The position numbers were made by a program, and so were the translations under genes. Shown in pieces: positions 61,354 to 64,000 of a DNA stretch of 64,000 bases. The notes below the pieces were generated by a model. The model was not told the DNA's origin, ran no database searches, and saw nothing but the letters and a program-made list of their open reading frames with translations. Within the stretch, counting starts at the first letter, position 1. Every line of letters starts with the position of its first letter. The stretch lies in assembly GCA_963706325.1 (NCBI GenBank), contig CAVPLT010000001.1, positions 1,024,001 through 1,088,000 on the forward strand, written 5' to 3'. Source of the DNA: an uncultured Nitrospiraceae bacterium (lineage in GTDB: Bacteria > Nitrospirota > Nitrospiria > Nitrospirales > Nitrospiraceae).

Positions 61354-63380
61354 ATGAAAGTACCTTTCGTGCTTCTCTGGGCGCTGCTCTCTATCCTGGG
61401 GGCTGTAGCGCTTGGCCATGTCACCGGCGCCATAAATCCCCACGAAAAAGTGAATGGTCTTTGGCTGGTCGTCGCGGCGGCTTCCATCTATGCCCTCGCG
61501 TTTCGCTTTTATGGACGCTGGCTGGCTCGCCAGGTCGTGCAGTTGGACGATAAGCGTCTGACGCCGGCCGTGCGGTTGAATGACGGCGTGAATTTTCATC
61601 CGACCAATAAGGACGTGCTGTTTGGCCACCACTTTGCGGCGATTGCGGGAGCCGGTCCGCTGCTCGGTCCAGTCTTGGCGGCGCAGTTCGGATTTCTGCC
61701 GGGATTTCTTTGGCTGGTGATCGGCGCAGTGCTGGCCGGGGCCGTGCAGGATTTCATCATCCTCGTCGCCTCGATGCGACGGAACGGCCGCTCGTTGCCT
61801 GAAATCGCCCATGACGAACTTGGATCGGTCACCGGCACGGCGACAGCCGTGGCAGTACTGTTCATCGTGGTGGTGGCGCTGGCGGGGCTGGGCTTCGCAG
61901 TGGTGAATGCGCTCTACCACAATGCCTGGGGGACCTTCACGATTGCCATGACGATACCCATCGGCTTCGTCATGGGATTCTATCTGCAGAAGTTTCGTCC
62001 CGGACAGATTGCGGAAGTATCATTGTTGGGCGTCGCGCTGTTGATCGCGGCAGTTGTGTGTGGTCGTGTCGTGGCCCAGTCATCCATAGCGTCATGGTTT
62101 GAGTTCGAACGCACACCGCTGGTATGGCTCCTGGCTGCTTATGGTTTACTCGCTTCCGTGTTGCCGGGCTGGATGTTGCTGGTGCCGCGCGGCTATCTTT
62201 CCACCTTTATGAAGCTGGGTGTAGTGTTTTCTGCTTGGTTTCGGTGTGATCCTCATGGCGCCGACGATCGAAATGCCCCGCGTGACCTCGTTTGCCGACG
62301 GCGGCGGGCCGATTATTCCCGGCACGCTGTTCCCGTTTCTCTTCATTACGATCGCTTGCGGGGCTGTGTCCGGTTTCCATTCGCTGGTGTCTTCCGGTAC
62401 GACGCCGAAGATGATTGAGCAGGAGTCGCAGGCGACTGTGGGTTACGCGGCCATGCTGCTGGAAAGTTTTGTCGGCGTGATGGCCTTGATTGCCGCCTCG
62501 GTTCTGATCCCCGGTGATTACCTGGCGATCAACACCATGTTATCTGTTGATACCCTGGCCATGATGGGGTTCCCCACAGCACGCATTCAGGAACTCTCGC
62601 AGCTGGTCGAGGTAAATGTGGCGGGGAGGCCGGGCGGCGCCGTGTCTCTTGCTGTCGGCATGGCCTCCATCTTCGCGGCCTTGCCGGGAATGGCCGGTTT
62701 AATGGCCTATTGGTATCAGTTTGCGCTGGTGTTCGAAGCGTTGTTCATATTGACGACGATCGACACGGGGACTCGTGTGGCGCGGTACCTGATCCAGGAA
62801 ATGGCCGGACGGGTGTATACGCCGTTTCGCCGGATGAACTGGTGGCCTGGCGTGTGGTTGAGCAGCGGCTTCGTTGTCGGAGCCTGGGCCTATCTGATCG
62901 GCACGGGTAATATCTCCACGATTTGGCCGATGTTCGGCGCGGCGAATCAGTTGCTTGGGACGCTTGGCGCTCTGTATCGGCACGACGGTGCTCATCAAAA
63001 TGTGGAAGTCGCAGTATCTCTGGGTCACGGCGGCGCCGATGCTTTTCGTCGGGGGGATTACGCTGGCCGGCTCGTATGAAATGTTTGGAATGTTCATGAC
63101 GAAGGCCTCGACGCTCACGGCCGGAGCCCAGGCTTTCACGCTCTATCTTGATGCGGTGCTGGTGGCAGTGGTGGCGATTCTCGGAGTCATCGTGCTGGTG
63201 GATAGCACGAGACAGTGGTACGGCTATGTGATTCTCAAGCGACCGTTCACCAGCAGCGAAGTCATCGCCATGGGCGGAGGTGGCTCCCCCGGCCGCGTGC
63301 AGACGGCGATCTATCAGGACGGTGTCAAGCAGGAAGAACTGAGACGGTTTCGTTTGCCGCATGGCGGCGGTTGTTGCTGA
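61354..63380 (+). CDS. cstA: Carbon starvation protein A, split by two apparent +1 frameshifts (~62230, ~62965)
   Basis: [38 protein letters not shown] spread over three consecutive frames. Confidence 0.88.
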
Positions 63381-63499
63381 CCATCTTTTTGTCATCAGGA
63401 TTGCGAAAGCCGGGCTTGTGCCCGGCTCAAATAGTCTCACTCACTATGAGTGACTCGGCGCGATGTTCCATGAACAACGCGCCTTTGGAGGGATAACAC

Positions 63500-63997
63500 A
63501 TGGCAGATCAATCGTCATTTGATGTGGTGTCGGAAGTGAACATGCAGGAAATGAAAAACGTCGTCGACCAGGCGACGAAAGAGATCAAACAGCGCTTTGA
63601 TTTCAAGGACACCAAGACCGAGCTGACCTTGAGAGAGAAGGAAAAGGAACTGGTGGTGCTTTCCGACGACGAGTACAAGTTGAACGCGGTCATTGAAATC
63701 ATCAAGTCAAAATGCGTTAAGCGAGGGGTGTCGTTGAAGGCCTTCGAGTACGGGAAGATCGAGGAGGCGCTTGGCGCCACGGTTCGTCAAGTGATCAAGA
63801 TTCAAAGCGGCATTTCTACGGAGAAGGCGAAGGAAATCACGAAGGCCGTGAAAGAGTCCAAGATAAAGGTGCAGGCGCAAATTCAAGGGGAGCAGGTGCG
63901 GGTGATCAGCAAGAGCAAGGATGATTTGCAAACGGCCATTGCCTTTCTGAAAGGGAAGGATTTTGGTATTGATTTGCAGTTCACCAATTACCGCTAG
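63500..63997 (+). CDS. yajQ: YajQ-family nucleotide/c-di-GMP-binding protein
   Basis: SFDVVS, RFDFK, QIQG..VRV..K.KDDLQ, LQF.NYR. Confidence 0.95.
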   Translation: MADQSSFDVVSEVNMQEMKNVVDQATKEIKQRFDFKDTKTELTLREKEKELVVLSDDEYKLNAVIEIIKSKCVKRGVSLKAFEYGKIEEALGATVRQVIKIQSGISTEKAKEITKAVKESKIKVQAQIQGEQVRVISKSKDDLQTAIAFLKGKDFGIDLQFTNYR

Positions 63998-64000
63998 GCA

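Noticed and set aside
63378..63430. Selenocysteine readthrough at the cstA TGA
   Set aside because: The CC motif is already complete before TGA and no convincing SECIS is visible

Overview
A gene-dense, moderately GC-rich bacterial chromosomal window. Gene content and style suggest Nitrospira/Nitrospirota, which is an inference and not a database result. From left to right it contains: a metal-homeostasis region (BNR protein, TlpA, RAPP-ending uORF, TonB receptor, DsbA, multi-YHS Cu-ATPase, DegP, nikR-DUF3842-TonB receptor with a clear NikR operator); mpg; a His-less GAF histidine kinase; ispA-hpnA-cruF-like isoprenoid genes; a collapsed type III R-M remnant with a RelE/ParE TA pair; several hypothetical proteins, including one with a PHD-finger (C4HC3) pattern; speD and SCP2; a TetR-RND efflux operon; a probable phosphonolipid (2-aminoethylphosphonate) operon lacking pepM in the window; a glycosylation cluster containing a LarA (nickel-pincer) homologue; and PilZ, cstA and yajQ. 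The main non-coding signals are two families of structured repeats. Family 1 has 8 copies of a ~120-bp covarying hairpin, 7 of them starting 0-1 nt after a stop codon in the sense orientation. Family 2 has 2 inverted copies of a ~90-bp hairpin bracketing the R-M/TA island. Several single-base frameshifts may be assembly errors. No rRNA, tRNA, CRISPR array or transposase was recognised.
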